The position numbers and the translations under genes were made by a program. Shown one piece after another: positions 1 to 11,241 of a stretch of DNA of 64,000 nt. The DNA comes from Anthoceros angustus (lineage: Eukaryota; Plantae; Anthocerotophyta): NCBI GenBank assembly GCA_010909165.1, contig MU008154.1, positions 1,043,478-1,107,477 of the forward strand. Reading direction: 5' to 3'. The first letter of the stretch is position 1; the number at the start of each line of letters is the position of its first letter. The notes below the pieces were generated by a model that was not told the origin of the DNA, did no database searches, and was given only the letters and a program-made list of their open reading frames with translations.

Positions 1-380
1 GCATTCTCCACGTCGTAGCTGTACTTCCCCTTCTCCACCTCCATGACCTCCACCTGAGCCTTGGCCGCCTTAGGTGGCGGACCCGACGGCTTGCCCTGTC
101 TGCCTCCCCCGTCCTTCTGCTGCGAATTCACCACCTCTGTCCGCTCTTGGTACACCGTCACCGAGCTCACCACCAGCCCCCTGCTCCGAATCCTGCTCCT
201 CAAGCTCCTGCTGCTGCCGATGCTGCTGCTGCTGCTGCTCCATATCATCCCCAAGCAGGGACAGCGGGATCCCACCTCCTTCCATCTCCCGCTGCTCAAA
301 CTGCAGATTTTTCCTGAAAGGTTGGGCTGGAGCAACCCCCAGGGCAAACAGTCCTGCCGCCAGCACTGCTGCACGGCCAT
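1..380 (-). CDS. pTAC2: 5' end of plastid PPR-SMR protein pTAC2 (At1g74850-like); runs off the window edge
   Basis: Open frame from ATG at 380 to position 1 with no stop, so it is absent from the ORF track. It encodes a Ser/Arg-rich transit-peptide-like N-terminus, then ...EVMEVEKGKYSYDVEN, matching the pTAC2 motif VEKGKYSYDVE that precedes LSSLPPRGSIARCL. Confidence 0.8.
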   Translation of the reverse strand, partial: MAVQQCWRQDCLPWGLLQPNLSGKICSLSSGRWKEVGSRCPCLGMIWSSSSSSIGSSRSLRSRIRSRGLVVSSVTVYQERTEVVNSQQKDGGGRQGKPSGPPPKAAKAQVEVMEVEKGKYSYDVEN

Positions 381-1000
381 GGCGCTGCCTCACAGCCACC
401 TGTCGGGCCTCATTGGAACCACAGCCCGCGCAAGCCCAGCCAGCTTAGGGCGCAGTTCCGTGTTGCTTCTGTATTTTGGTCGCGTGCAAGTGGACCTGAA
501 TCCTCCCTTGCTGTGTAGAGTTCTCTCTAACACAATGTTGAATGGTCTTCTTCCTTGTAATTAGAGTTCCCAATTGTATATACCTCAAGTTCTCTCATTT
601 CTGGACCTGGATTCTTTGTTTGCTGTAAGTGAAGTAGATTAATGTGTGCCCTCATCTCACCCTTGTTTGCCACGGTTACACGGACCTGGTACTCCTTCTA
701 GAAAGGGTACAATCCTTGTGAAAATAAAGAATGGGTGCACTTCTTTTTAAACCTTTTTCTCTTACTTTTGTTATATTTTGCACTAGCAGTGCAGTCATTC
801 TTGAACATGCTTTTCCCTAGTTTTTGATGTGTATGAATTTGCAATCGAAGCCCTTTACAAAAAATTTTAGAATTACTTCTGGCTCGTGATGTATTTGGAA
901 CTTTCATTCATTTGACTTGTAGCTGACCAAAAGGCCGGCCTCATTAGAAACAGAATTGGACGGGAGAGAAAAGACATGGCATGAGACATTACGCATGTAT

Positions 1001-1337
1001 TTGCATTCACTGCTGCACATACTTGCAAATTGTTGTGTAGCCTTACTATTCATGTTAAGACCGGCATTATATTCACTGGTGCAGGAACTTGCACATTGTT
1101 GTGTAGCCTTACTTATTTACATGAGAACAGCATAATTGCATTCACTGTTGCACATTGTTGTGTAGCCTTACTTATTCACATGAGAACAGCATAATTGCAT
1201 TCACTGCTGCACGAACTTACGCGTACATTGTTCTGTACCCTTGCTTTTCATGCTTGCACATTGTTGTGTAGCCTTGTTTTTCATGTGAGAACGACATTGC
1301 ATTCACCGCTGCATGAACTTGCACATAGTTGTGTAGT
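1001..1337. repeat. Degenerate tandem repeat, about 60-70 bp unit, about 5 copies
   Basis: Recurrent core ttgcacattgttgtgtagccttacttattcacatgagaacagcataattgcattcactg in the divergent pTAC2/MOS2 intergenic region. Confidence 0.8.
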
Positions 1338-2011
1338 ATCGCAAACTTGGGGAAAAGTGGTGTTCTTAAGCCCAAGTAATAGCTAATTATTATTATCCTT
1401 AAATTACTAATTTTTATCTAAAATAATTATAAGATTAGTAGATTCCGAGTTAGTGTAGTGTAGTATTCAACACCAGATTGCCAAGAGTCCATTTCCCTAC
1501 AATGTCCTTCAAACGATTTTACAGAATTGTTTTGAGGTAAATATTTTTTAGATTATTTGAGAAAATTAGAGGAGGCAGCCGCAAGTGAGCCCCTCCTCTT
1601 GTGCTAAACCATTCCTCATTCTGATGTGTTCATAATTACTTTTGCTATAGAATCTTTGCATGAATTTCTTTCCCAGCATACCTGTGCCCTTGGCCCTTGG
1701 TTTCCTCCAACCCTTGAAGGATTGCTATCCTTTTTACATAGCACGATGGAGGAAATGGAGCCAAATACTTTGAAACCAAAACCAAAGCCATCCGCTTAAG
1801 CCATAGTGGACTTAAATAAAATTCTTCTTCGTCTTGCTACAAGCTTCATATTCAAATTACTACCGTTATGCTTCAGTCCTAGTGCTCTTTCCAGACTTAG
1901 TGCTTGTTGTTGTTGAGCAAATGATTTTTCCTGTTGCGAAATTTTTGTTCTTCTGTGCGTTTGAGGCTTGCTGATATTCTGAGAGCGCTTCCGCCATCAG
2001 AGCTTCAGCTG

Positions 2012-3187
2012 ATGGAGGAGCATGGTGCCAATGGCGTGGGAGGCGGGAAGAAATCTGCTGTGACGCTCAGCTTCAAGCGGAAGCCAGGCAGCGCGGTCAA
2101 GGTGGTGGAGAAGGTCAAAGAGGACCAGCCACGGGAGGGAGTGGAAATATTAACGGCCTACGACGAGGAGGTCGCCTCAAGGAAGACCCTACCAGCTCCC
2201 AAGGTGATCCCCAAGCAAGAGAATACATGGCGGCCCGAAAGGAGACTGAAGAACCTTGTCGTAGAGGCGGAGATCACTGCAGAGGCGACTGATGCCAGGT
2301 TTGAGGCAGAAACCCTGCCGTCAGGTCCGCAACCTGATGTGCAGTATGGCCTAACTGTGCGGGATGGTGGTTTCGCTGCTGCGGGGCAGCAGGATGAGGT
2401 GAGAGCTGTGTCTCGCGGCGATGCGGAAGGGGAGGCGTTGCGGAAGGATCTGCTGGAGCTGCCGGACGAGTCCTCTCTGGAGGCGTATGAGAGGATGCCT
2501 ATAGAGGATTTCGGGGAGGCTTTGCTCCGGGGCATGGGGTGGGAGAAGGGCAAGCCAATAGGGCGGAGATGTAAGGAGGTGGTGGAGCCTGTTCAGTACA
2601 GCAGGCGGGAGCAGCGGCTAGGGCTGGGGGCGAAGCCTGTGCCTGTGGAGATTGCCAAGAAGCCAGGGGACCGAAGAGGGGGTCATAGGGATATGGGGCC
2701 CCCGGCTGCTGTGGAGCGTGGTGATAGCAGGGGTGCTGGTAGGGCATCGCAAAACGGGAGTGTGGAGAGAGCGGCAGATCGGGGCAGCAGTCAGAGGGCG
2801 GCGGATCGGGGAGGCAGTCAGAGGAATTCAGACTCACGGGAGAGCAGAGGGCGGAGTTGGTCTCATGAAGCAGCGTCTGTGGATGGTAGAGGGAGACGTG
2901 CGGATTATAGTCCAGCACGAGAGAGCGGGTCTCAGGACTTGGATCGTGCATCAGGCCTGGAGAATGGTCAGAGAACTAGAGATATTGACAGGCGAGGGAG
3001 TGACTCAAACTATGATCAACCATCTCATAGCAGAAGAGGAGACAGCAATGAAAACGAAAGGATAAGAAGAAGTCGGGATCGTGAACCTGAGGAGAGTAGG
3101 AGCAGTTCGTACGATGTACCTCGGGACAGGAATTCTAGAAGCAGGCAGTCAGATCGGTCCTCGCACCCAAAAAGGAGGAGGGACTGA
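2012..3187 (+). CDS. MOS2: G-patch splicing factor, Spp2/MOS2 (GPKOW) family, intronless, RS/RD-rich tail, no KOW domains
   Basis: ATG at 2012 inside track ORF 1934-3187. Motifs KVIPKQENTWRP and YERMPIEDFGEALLRGMGWEKGKPIG...EPVQYSRREQRLGLGA form the Spp2-type G-patch. Confidence 0.8.
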   Translation: MEEHGANGVGGGKKSAVTLSFKRKPGSAVKVVEKVKEDQPREGVEILTAYDEEVASRKTLPAPKVIPKQENTWRPERRLKNLVVEAEITAEATDARFEAETLPSGPQPDVQYGLTVRDGGFAAAGQQDEVRAVSRGDAEGEALRKDLLELPDESSLEAYERMPIEDFGEALLRGMGWEKGKPIGRRCKEVVEPVQYSRREQRLGLGAKPVPVEIAKKPGDRRGGHRDMGPPAAVERGDSRGAGRASQNGSVERAADRGSSQRAADRGGSQRNSDSRESRGRSWSHEAASVDGRGRRADYSPARESGSQDLDRASGLENGQRTRDIDRRGSDSNYDQPSHSRRGDSNENERIRRSRDREPEESRSSSYDVPRDRNSRSRQSDRSSHPKRRRD

Positions 3188-3685
3188 GCTATGTTTGCGG
3201 AGCGAAATATTTCATCTCATTCGGAAGCCTCAGGAAATTTGTAGAAACATCGAACGGAATGAGATAGAGATGTCCAAGCCTTATCTGGTTTTACTGTAAA
3301 CCGAGAACTTTAACACAACAAAACTGGCTACAACAGCTCAGATGTGGGTATTAGCCTTGGGCATCTCACTTACTTCTAGAACTCGCAAGGACGAGCATTC
3401 ACCATTACAAACACATGGGCAGCCATAAGTCTTAACCGGCTACTCCGCGCAGGAGAACAACCCTCTCAGCGCTTGCAAAGAGAGATACTTGACTGCTAGT
3501 CTATCACTCGTGTTGCAATGTGTTACTGCCACTGGCGCTAGCGCAATGACCCCAAACCTCTAGATGCCGCCTCAGTTAATCAACACACATACCGAATCTA
3601 ACTCATGGGCCAAAGGCATTCTGAATTAACGTAAAGAACTTTCCTGGAAAAATGAGTGGCGTGCCCGTCGTTACCTGAAACGGTT

Positions 3686-5448
3686 CTACACCTTGATGTG
3701 ATAATAATCTGCATCGAAGTGGTGCACACGCACATAACCGTCCTCTCCACCACTAGAAAAACTGCAACAGATGAACGGTATTTCACAAATCAGCCACATC
3801 TCCGTGCTAAGCAGCCCTGCCTTGAGTAAATCTGGCTAGAGATAAACGTGATTGCATTCATGGCCTTTCTGAAAACTTACCTTCTTCCATCAGGGTTGAA
3901 TGCCAGAGCATTTATTGGACCAAAATGTCCTTTCACACCACCGATCTCCTCCTCAAACACCTGCCGAACAACGCTGCTCAGTGAACTGTCTCGTTGAGAT
4001 CATAGGAAACATGACTTGATGCCACAGCAGGATAAGATCCAGCAAAAGTAGCACGATACCTTGTGGAAAAATTTGGCCTCAAACTTTCCAGCTCGGCGAT
4101 CACTTGTTGTCACCATAGAAGCCTCTTGCCTCCACCAATAACCACCTGGAAAATCAAAACCGCAAAGTGTCAAGGCAGTGGCCAGAATGACATGACAAGC
4201 ACACAAAGGCTTGGAAACTCATCAAGCTTTGTCTTACATGATCAAGAAGAGGGAGATAGCAGCTGCATTCACTGGTCTTTCAGTGCTGTAAGTCTTCAAG
4301 AGTTGGAGAGTTCTTGTGTCCCACAGCTGTCCACCAGATTCAAGGACATCTCAGATAGGCACTTACTAGCCCACGTTAGGACAATATGAAGCAATCGTTC
4401 AGCTGATTTCAAACAAGGCAACACGCAGTGGTGGACCACACATACTTTTGCACTCTTGTCGTGTGAGCCAGTAATGAAGTGAGATCCATCAGCTGATTTA
4501 GCTAGAGATGAGATAACTTTGCTGTGACCTGTCTCATGATCGCTTTCCCTCAGCACTTCACCAGTCTGCAACCAGGAATAAGGTCAGGCTGCGGCAAAGA
4601 CTCCACTTAGCCAAAGCAGTGAAACTAACTAACTGCTTGCAGCGTTCAGCAAAGACCCTCCAGTAGTTTTAGCTCAGAGGAAGCAAACCGCACCCTGGCA
4701 TCCCAAATTCGCACTATCCCATCCTCTCCAGCACTGATGATTGTCCGATTCAAGGGTCCCCACACCACTCTGTTTATTCGTCCTTGAGGACCCGTAAGTG
4801 TCATTATTGACTCGGTACTCTCTGTTACCCACACGCAAAATGCAATGTCAACATCAGCAGATGCAATCCAACCCCTGTAGGTCCACAGCAGAACGAGCAT
4901 AAGAATCAACTCACTTCCATCAACAGCCTTCACATGGATGGCTGGAGGGTTCCCCACGAAAGGATCCGTGCTGATCAACGCTAATTTATCTCCCTCCGAA
5001 AAATCCACAGCTCTAGCGGGCGAATCGAAACCATAAGTCTCGAGGACAGTACCCGTCTCCGTGTCCCAGAGTTTGGAAGACTGGTCAGCCGACCCCGTGA
5101 TTAACTTATCAGTGTGCCCTACAGCCAGCAATACGCAAAATGCGCCAAACGCGTTAATTTCTCCTCCGCGTCCGGAAACCTAGGTCCCTGCCACCTCCCA
5201 ATTGCACCGCCTCCTTCAATCCAATTGCCAGCCCAGATGAAGCCACCAGCAGTAATATACTTACTGGATACATCGCAGCACCAAACCGCTCCGTTGTGAC
5301 TCCGGTACGTGCCCAGCCGCTCCCCGTTGTGTGCATACCACACTGTAGGGTCGTGATCCTTGGCACAAGAGAACAGCAGATCCCCGTCCCGATTGTACTT
5401 GAGGAACGTGAGAGGCCTCTCATGGCCCTTCAACAATATCGGCCTCAT
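3686..5448 (-). CDS. eIF3i: Translation initiation factor eIF3 subunit i (WD40), copy 1, 8 exons
   Basis: Exons 5448-5265, 5118-4915, 4821-4694, 4565-4446, 4326-4238, 4145-4060, 3960-3881, 3761-3686, all [18 protein letters not shown]...[16 protein letters not shown]...YYHIKV*. Two 1-nt deletions in homopolymers (exons 5 and 6) break the frame and may be sequencing errors. Confidence 0.92.
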
Positions 5449-5769
5449 CACAGCAGCCAACGACAATCAAAACGATGTTGCTCAAGAGTAGGAAGGCCTC
5501 GAGCAGAAGAGAAGCAGGGCCTTGCAGCCTTTGGAAACACGACTCGATGCGCAGCGTCTTCAAGTGACTGATGTTCTAGTGAAGTCTTGTTTAGAAGCCG
5601 CTTCAAGTTAAGTCTTTAAAAAAAAAACACCTTGTAGAGAGTGAAGTAATTTTGTAGTAACCACTCTCTTTTTTTTGGTTTTACTCGAACGCTCGACTAA
5701 AAAAGCCCCAGTCCATGGGACTTGGTACCAGACAATTTATACCAAGGTGTGCCTAAGCTATTTCGGACC

Positions 5770-7410
5770 CTGGCGGTGGTTTCACAGACAATATGGGAGC
5801 GGCGAGCGGTGGCAGGCGAGCGGTAAGCGGTAGATGAGCGGCAAGCGGCGAAGCAGCAGTGGCGGGGCAGTGGCGGCGGGCGGAATGGTGTATGGGGAGG
5901 GTGCCTAGTGCACAGGCCTCGGCGCCCCACGCGCGGCGTCGTAGGGCTGACCCGCCGCGGTGGCATAGGGCTGCGCAGCGGGGCGTTGGCTTCAAGCGTG
6001 GTGGTGTTGTTGGGCGTGGCGGTGGGCAGCAGGCCGGGGTGCGTGTTGTGAGCCGCGGGTTGCACACGGTACGCGGGCCTCGTGCGGGGTGTCCACAGGT
6101 CAGGTGGGGCCCTCCACAAGGATAGGTCTGGTGGGGCTCTCCATAGGAACAGTCGTGTGGGGGCCCACCACAGGGACACGTCAAGTGGGGCCCTCCACAA
6201 GGACAAGTCAAGTGGGGGCCACCATAGGGACACGTCAGGTGGGGCCCTGCACAAGGATTGGTCAAGTGGGGGCTCACCACAAGGACGGACCGGTAGGGCC
6301 CACCACTAGCGGGTATGGTCGTGCCCGGGTTCAAATGGGGTTCTCTTTCAAGGTATTCAGGAAGGAGAAGGGAAAAGGGAAGCGAAGTAGCAGGCCCACG
6401 ACTGGGGTAGTGGAAGGGACTACCGAAGGAAAGGAAGGAGCAACCGAGGTAGCCGAAACACCTACCGGAGTTGCTTCGAATGATGATTTGTGGGGAGTCC
6501 ATCATCATGTGGAAGCTACCGACATTGGGGAGCCCAACTCTGAAGCGGCCATGAGCGGGGCAACTCGACGCAACGTAGCATCTCGCGAGGGCATGGATGC
6601 CACTGTGGTAGCCCACGGGAGGAGTAAGCACCTCCATGCTAGGGGGTCCTATTATGTTGCGGCACATGGATGAGGAAACTTATGTTCGGGTCTATATGTG
6701 AATGGGGAACGCGTGCTTAACCTCACCGCCATGTGCGTGTGGAAATAGGAGGGATCGGGCCTACCTGCAAGTAAGGACCAAGTGGATACTTCTTCCATTC
6801 CAGGGTGGGGGATTGGCCTCCTATTATGCGGAGGCGATTTTGGAGGAGCTAACGGAGGAAGAAGTCCAGCGTGGACGAAGAGCCTGTGAATAATCCTCAA
6901 TAGGCGGCCGGAGTGGAGGAGCTCAGGGATATACTCCGATTAGGACGTTAGCCGACAGGAGTCGGAGGTCCCGAGGGAGGACTGTGACCGTCAAGTGGCG
7001 GGAGGGCGGGGCTGCGCGTGGAGGACGAAGGTCGCGCCAAGTCGGGAAGGGCGCGAGAGAAGTGAGCAAATAGGTGATAGCATCCTAGGAAAGGAATTTG
7101 GTTGTGTGTCGACCTAAGATCGCTTGGAATTGTAGACGCGCCTCTCATAGTCAATGTTTTAGGACTCAAACTGGGGCTAACGCCCAAATTGATGTACAGG
7201 GCGAATTGTGCCCACCACAGCAGATAATTCCTGGTTGAGATCCCCTCAGCAAGAAGCGCTCAGGGCCCAGATCAAGGATGCCCACGAGGCGAATCAAGAA
7301 ATGCAGGGGGAATTGTTGCGAGCCCAAGAGCAAGAGGCAGCCTTTGTGGAGAAGGCCCATAAGTTGGCGGACCGGTACAAGCGAGAGCGGGACGAGGCAC
7401 GTGGCCGTTG
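5770..7410. mobile_element. GC-rich TE-derived segment with a 27-bp array and a coiled-coil ORF remnant; family unassigned
   Basis: Duplicated at about 13320-14865. Contains degraded ORFs and the coiled-coil stretch QQEALRAQIKDAHEANQEMQGELLRAQEQE (7208-7410). No termini identified. Confidence 0.4.
6104..6310. repeat. 27-bp tandem array, about 8 units (consensus gtggggccc(t)ccacaaggaca(a/g)gtca(a/g))
   Basis: Unit starts at 6104, 6131, 6157, 6185, 6212, 6239, 6266, 6293. A second copy lies at about 13628-13822. Confidence 0.88.
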
Positions 7411-10290
7411 CCATGGGGCCTTCTTCTTTGACTTTTGCCCGACTTCTGCTCGACTCTGCCATGGGGCCTCGCCTATTTCGGCACCTCCCGAGGTGCCTTC
7501 AAGATGACGTCCGCCTTGCCTATCGGCTCTCCTTGGAGCGTCTCGTGCAAGATCCTCGGGACGAGGCTGCTTGGGCATTGTTTTTTTTTTTCTACCTAGG
7601 TGGTGTCTTGGCGCTCTTGGGCCGGTATTTCAGCACCATGAGGTCACCTCTCATCTTCACCGTTTTCGTGATGGAAACTGAGAGGCTCTACAAGAAGAGT
7701 GTGGGCGCGCAGCGAGGTCTCAGTTTGACTCCGCTAAGGTGGATTGTGTCTGTCCGGACCCTAGGAAGGCGCATCTTAAGCGATGTCTTTGCTTGGTCGT
7801 GCTAGGGAGTATGCTCGGGCTATTCGGGCTCTTCGACCGGAGCTAGTGGCACCAACTTCAGAGGAGACTATCAACACCCTTTACGCCCTCCATCCAATGC
7901 CGGGCAACCCCATTTCACCGGACATTAGGGACTACTTCGCTTATGAGTCTTTTTGTATGGGCCGTCTTCAGTCGGGCCCTTATCTCTGCCCCGCGCCTTT
8001 CTGCGGGGGTCTATTGGGGACGGTCTATGACCATCTCCGCGATTACTTTACCCCCAAGGATCCCTCTAGCGGGTTTTCAAGGTTGTTTCTTTGGCGGCTG
8101 CAGTGGCTAGGGGAAAGTCCCCCTTCCGAATTGTTCAAGTGTTGGGGGCTAGTCATTTGTAGGCTATGGAGAAGCCCACCCTCGGGGTTCGTCCTATCGC
8201 AATCAAAAAGGCGTTTTTGCGGTTGGTTAGTCGCAGCATTACTATCTAGCTTTGGGAGCAATTCTAAGGCCATCTCAGTGCACACCAATTCGGCATCGCT
8301 ATTCCGGGGGGGTGTGAGTCCGTGGTTTTCGGAGTGGGAGCGATCTTGGAGTCTCATCCTAATTGGGTCGCATTGCAGGTGGACGTCGAAAATGCTTTTA
8401 ACACAGTCTCCAAGGTGGCCATTTTCGATGAGCTCAAGGATGCAGGTGGCAGCTTGCCAGCCTTATCCCTTTTGTCTGCTCCTTTTACAGGTCTCCTTCC
8501 AATCTCTACTATTAGCATGGGCCCGCAGTCGATGGGGTTTCGCTGTTGGCCTCAGCAGTTGGCACCAAGCAAGAGGATCCGTTGGGGGGGCACCCTTTTT
8601 GCCATGGCTCATTTCCAGGCTTTGTCCATATTTGTCTCCTTGTTTTGGGATTGTTCGTATCCCTCGGTGGCGAACGACACCCATATTATGGGGCCTGGTG
8701 ACCGGGTCAAGGGGGCCGCTTTTGAACTCTTCTCTTCGGAGCTCTCCCGCATTGGTCTGAAGGTGAAGATTTTGAAGTGCAGAGTACGGTCCCCCTCCGA
8801 CGTGGTGCCCTCTCTTCAGTATCCTAATGGGGATATTGCTTTCGCACAAGGCCTTCCGGCTTTAGGGGTCCCAGTGGGGCTCCCCGCTTTCGTACAAGAA
8901 TTCATGGCTGCGGCTTTGCAGGAGAACCTGGTACATATCGGCGATCTCTCCCAATTGGGGGATCCAGATGTGGCATTCGGTATTCTATCTTCTTGTTTTG
9001 TGCGTCGGCCAGGCTAACTCCTCCGTACAGTTCCGCCCTTCCCGAGATTCTTGTCTAGCCTAGAGGTTTTGATAGGCAGTATATGCAGGCGCTGGCTGAC
9101 ATCATTGGCCCATGCACCTTCGAGTGCGCTGCCGGGGACTTGGCTAGGCGATAGGTGTCCCTCTCTGTCGCGTTTAGGGACACTGGTCTTTTGGCTACGG
9201 AGGCCTTTGCGTCGGCGGCTTTCCTTGGGAGTTGGGCCCTCTCTGCTCTCATCTCTGTCTTCCATTTCGTCATCAGGGATTCTCGTTTTTTGGAGTCATT
9301 TGTCGCGGGAGTGGAGGAAGGCGTTTTTCCCCTGCATGTGTCCTTTCGTTTGGCTAGAGGTTCCATACCCATAGAGGCTAGGACTGCCTTGCCTTCTTTT
9401 TCTTCGCCCCCCGAGGTCGGATTCCGCAGGATTCAAGTGTCTCTCCTGGAGAGGCAATATCGGCAGGTGCAGGTGGCCCTTCTTCGGGACTGGTCCATCC
9501 CCAGGGCGGCTTGTGCGCCCGTCTCCACTCTTGCTTAGGTAAGGGAGCAGGTTCATGGCTTCTTGCTCAGCCTTGCATCCAGGCTTTCCAAATCGCACCA
9601 GCCTCTTTTTCTACCGCGATGAGGTTTCGCTTGGGCTTGGTCTAGCCTTTGGCCTGCTCTCTCCAGGCTTGCAATTGTGGGGCGCCCCTCGATGACTCGG
9701 GGACCCACCTTGCTCGCTGTCCCGCGGGCGGGCAGCGCATTTTTACACATGATGCTGTTTGTGACGTCATGTTCTTGTTGACTGAGGAGGGAGGCTTCAT
9801 CCCTTACAAGGAGCACCCTTATACTCTTCATAATGGGGTTCCTTCTGGGTGGACCTTTTTTTGGCCCAGGGGGACCAGGTTTCGGTTGCAGATGTGGTTG
9901 TCATGGACCTTAATCGGGATTCTGTCCATGAGAATGTGATCCTCAACCCTCCGGGGTGGGCGGCGGAGGGATGTGCCACGGCGAAGGTTTGTAAGTATGT
10001 AGTCGGGGCACGCCTTCATCCCCCTCGCCATCGAGACTCATGGGGCCATGAGCAAGGCCTTTTCTAGGTTCCTTAAGACTTGTGCCAAGGAGTACCACAG
10101 CCGCATGAATGGGGTTGACCACCCTCTTTCATGTATTGTGCCTTTCTACAGGCAACGGGTGTCCATCGCCCTGCAGCAGTCATTGGCCAACGTGGTGTAT
10201 AGGACGATGACAAGCGCATGGCGAGCTCTTCTTTAGCGTGGTAGGTAGGCCCTTTCTTATCCCTTATTTTAAATCCTTGGCGTGGTAGGC
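7410..10290 (+). mobile_element. RLE-type (CRE-like) non-LTR retrotransposon, probably 5'-truncated and frameshifted
   Basis: Stitched frames give the RT (GVRPIAI, HQFGIAIPGGCES, QVDVENAFNTVS, KQEDPLGGTLF, YxDD degraded to VAND, LGVPVG), a CCHC knuckle (CNCGAPLDDSGTHLARC) and a restriction-like endonuclease (VDLFL...DVVV, AKVCKY, FIPLAIETHG...RQRVSIALQ). Confidence 0.85.
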
Positions 10291-10630
10291 AATTACAAGA
10301 TTATCGACAATGGGGTCCCCTTGGTCCGGTGCCCTTCTAAGGGTTGTTCCCTTACTCTTGAAGTACACTAAGACACCAAATTTTCTTGCTTAACTACAAC
10401 CTTCCAGTCCTCCGATCCTTGCTATTCCAGGTCAAGGCAATGTTAGGATTTCTTTTTCATAATAAAGTCTCTATGTCACGTTAACCTAAGCTATTAGCAT
10501 CAAGGGCATTCACTCCCTCTAGGCACCCCATCTAAGTACCTATCGAAGCGCAGGATGCTTAACGAGCAACGTTCTTATATAGCTTGGTATATTGGGCCTA
10601 AGCAACTTGGACCACATTTGGAGAAAGGGT

Positions 10631-11010
10631 GCACACGTTGCACATCTGCTGCATCAAGCGGTCTGAAGAGAATGCCTACGACGGTGTCTGCCTATGTACA
10701 GTCTAAGCCAGAGCTCGGACATCTCACCATTATGGACGGCATCGTATTGGAGAGAATAATAGTTTCATGTCAGATGGTGGCTAATCAGTTGCATACCCGG
10801 TTCTTGTATCCTCTGGTAGTCAGGCTCTGGTACCCTTGCCCGCATGCTTCCCGACGCCTGCGTCCGCAAGCTGGACGAGAAGAGCGCCTCACAATCATCT
10901 AGGAACACCCAATGATTGTCCACGGAGAACTGCTCGATAACGTTAAGGTGGGCAACTGTCTGAGGACATGAACAATGTTGAACTGAAGGCTGTGCTCCAG
11001 GTTTCACAGC
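10631..11010 (-). pseudogene. 3' fragment of an exostosin/GT47 gene
   Basis: Homologous to 44330-44700: VPEPDYQRIQEPGMQLISHHLT vs VPETDYKRMQELGMQLSHHLT, and *NLEHSLQFNIVHVL vs WNMADTLQLGCVPVL. Contains stops and frameshifts. Confidence 0.85.
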
Positions 11011-11241
11011 CCAGCATCAAAGGAGTTGGTGACAGTGAGTGCCTGGATATCGAGGTCAGCCAAATATTGGCCAGGTAGTATCCCTCAGTCCTTATTTCCT
11101 GTTCATCCAGAATTCTGCCTTGCCGAGTCGTGACACTAGTCTGTTTGCTGCCCCATATAGCGTGCAGTCGCTACCTTTCTAACTCTTCAGAGATTGAGCG
11201 ACCAAAAATGAGTGGCGTGCCCTTTTTCAGACAAAACGGTT

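Noticed and set aside
61-564. Track ORFs with poly-L, poly-Q or poly-C runs
   Set aside because: They are alternative frames or the antisense of the pTAC2 transit-peptide region (a CTG/CAG microsatellite).
6104-6310. CRISPR-like appearance of regular repeats (also at 55066 and 60351)
   Set aside because: Head-to-tail units with no unique spacers, no cas genes and a eukaryotic context.
5753-6673. Long ORFs with GPHLTCPCG or WAPPDLSLW repeats
   Set aside because: They result from the 27-bp GC-rich array and are broken in the second copy; no protein family recognised.
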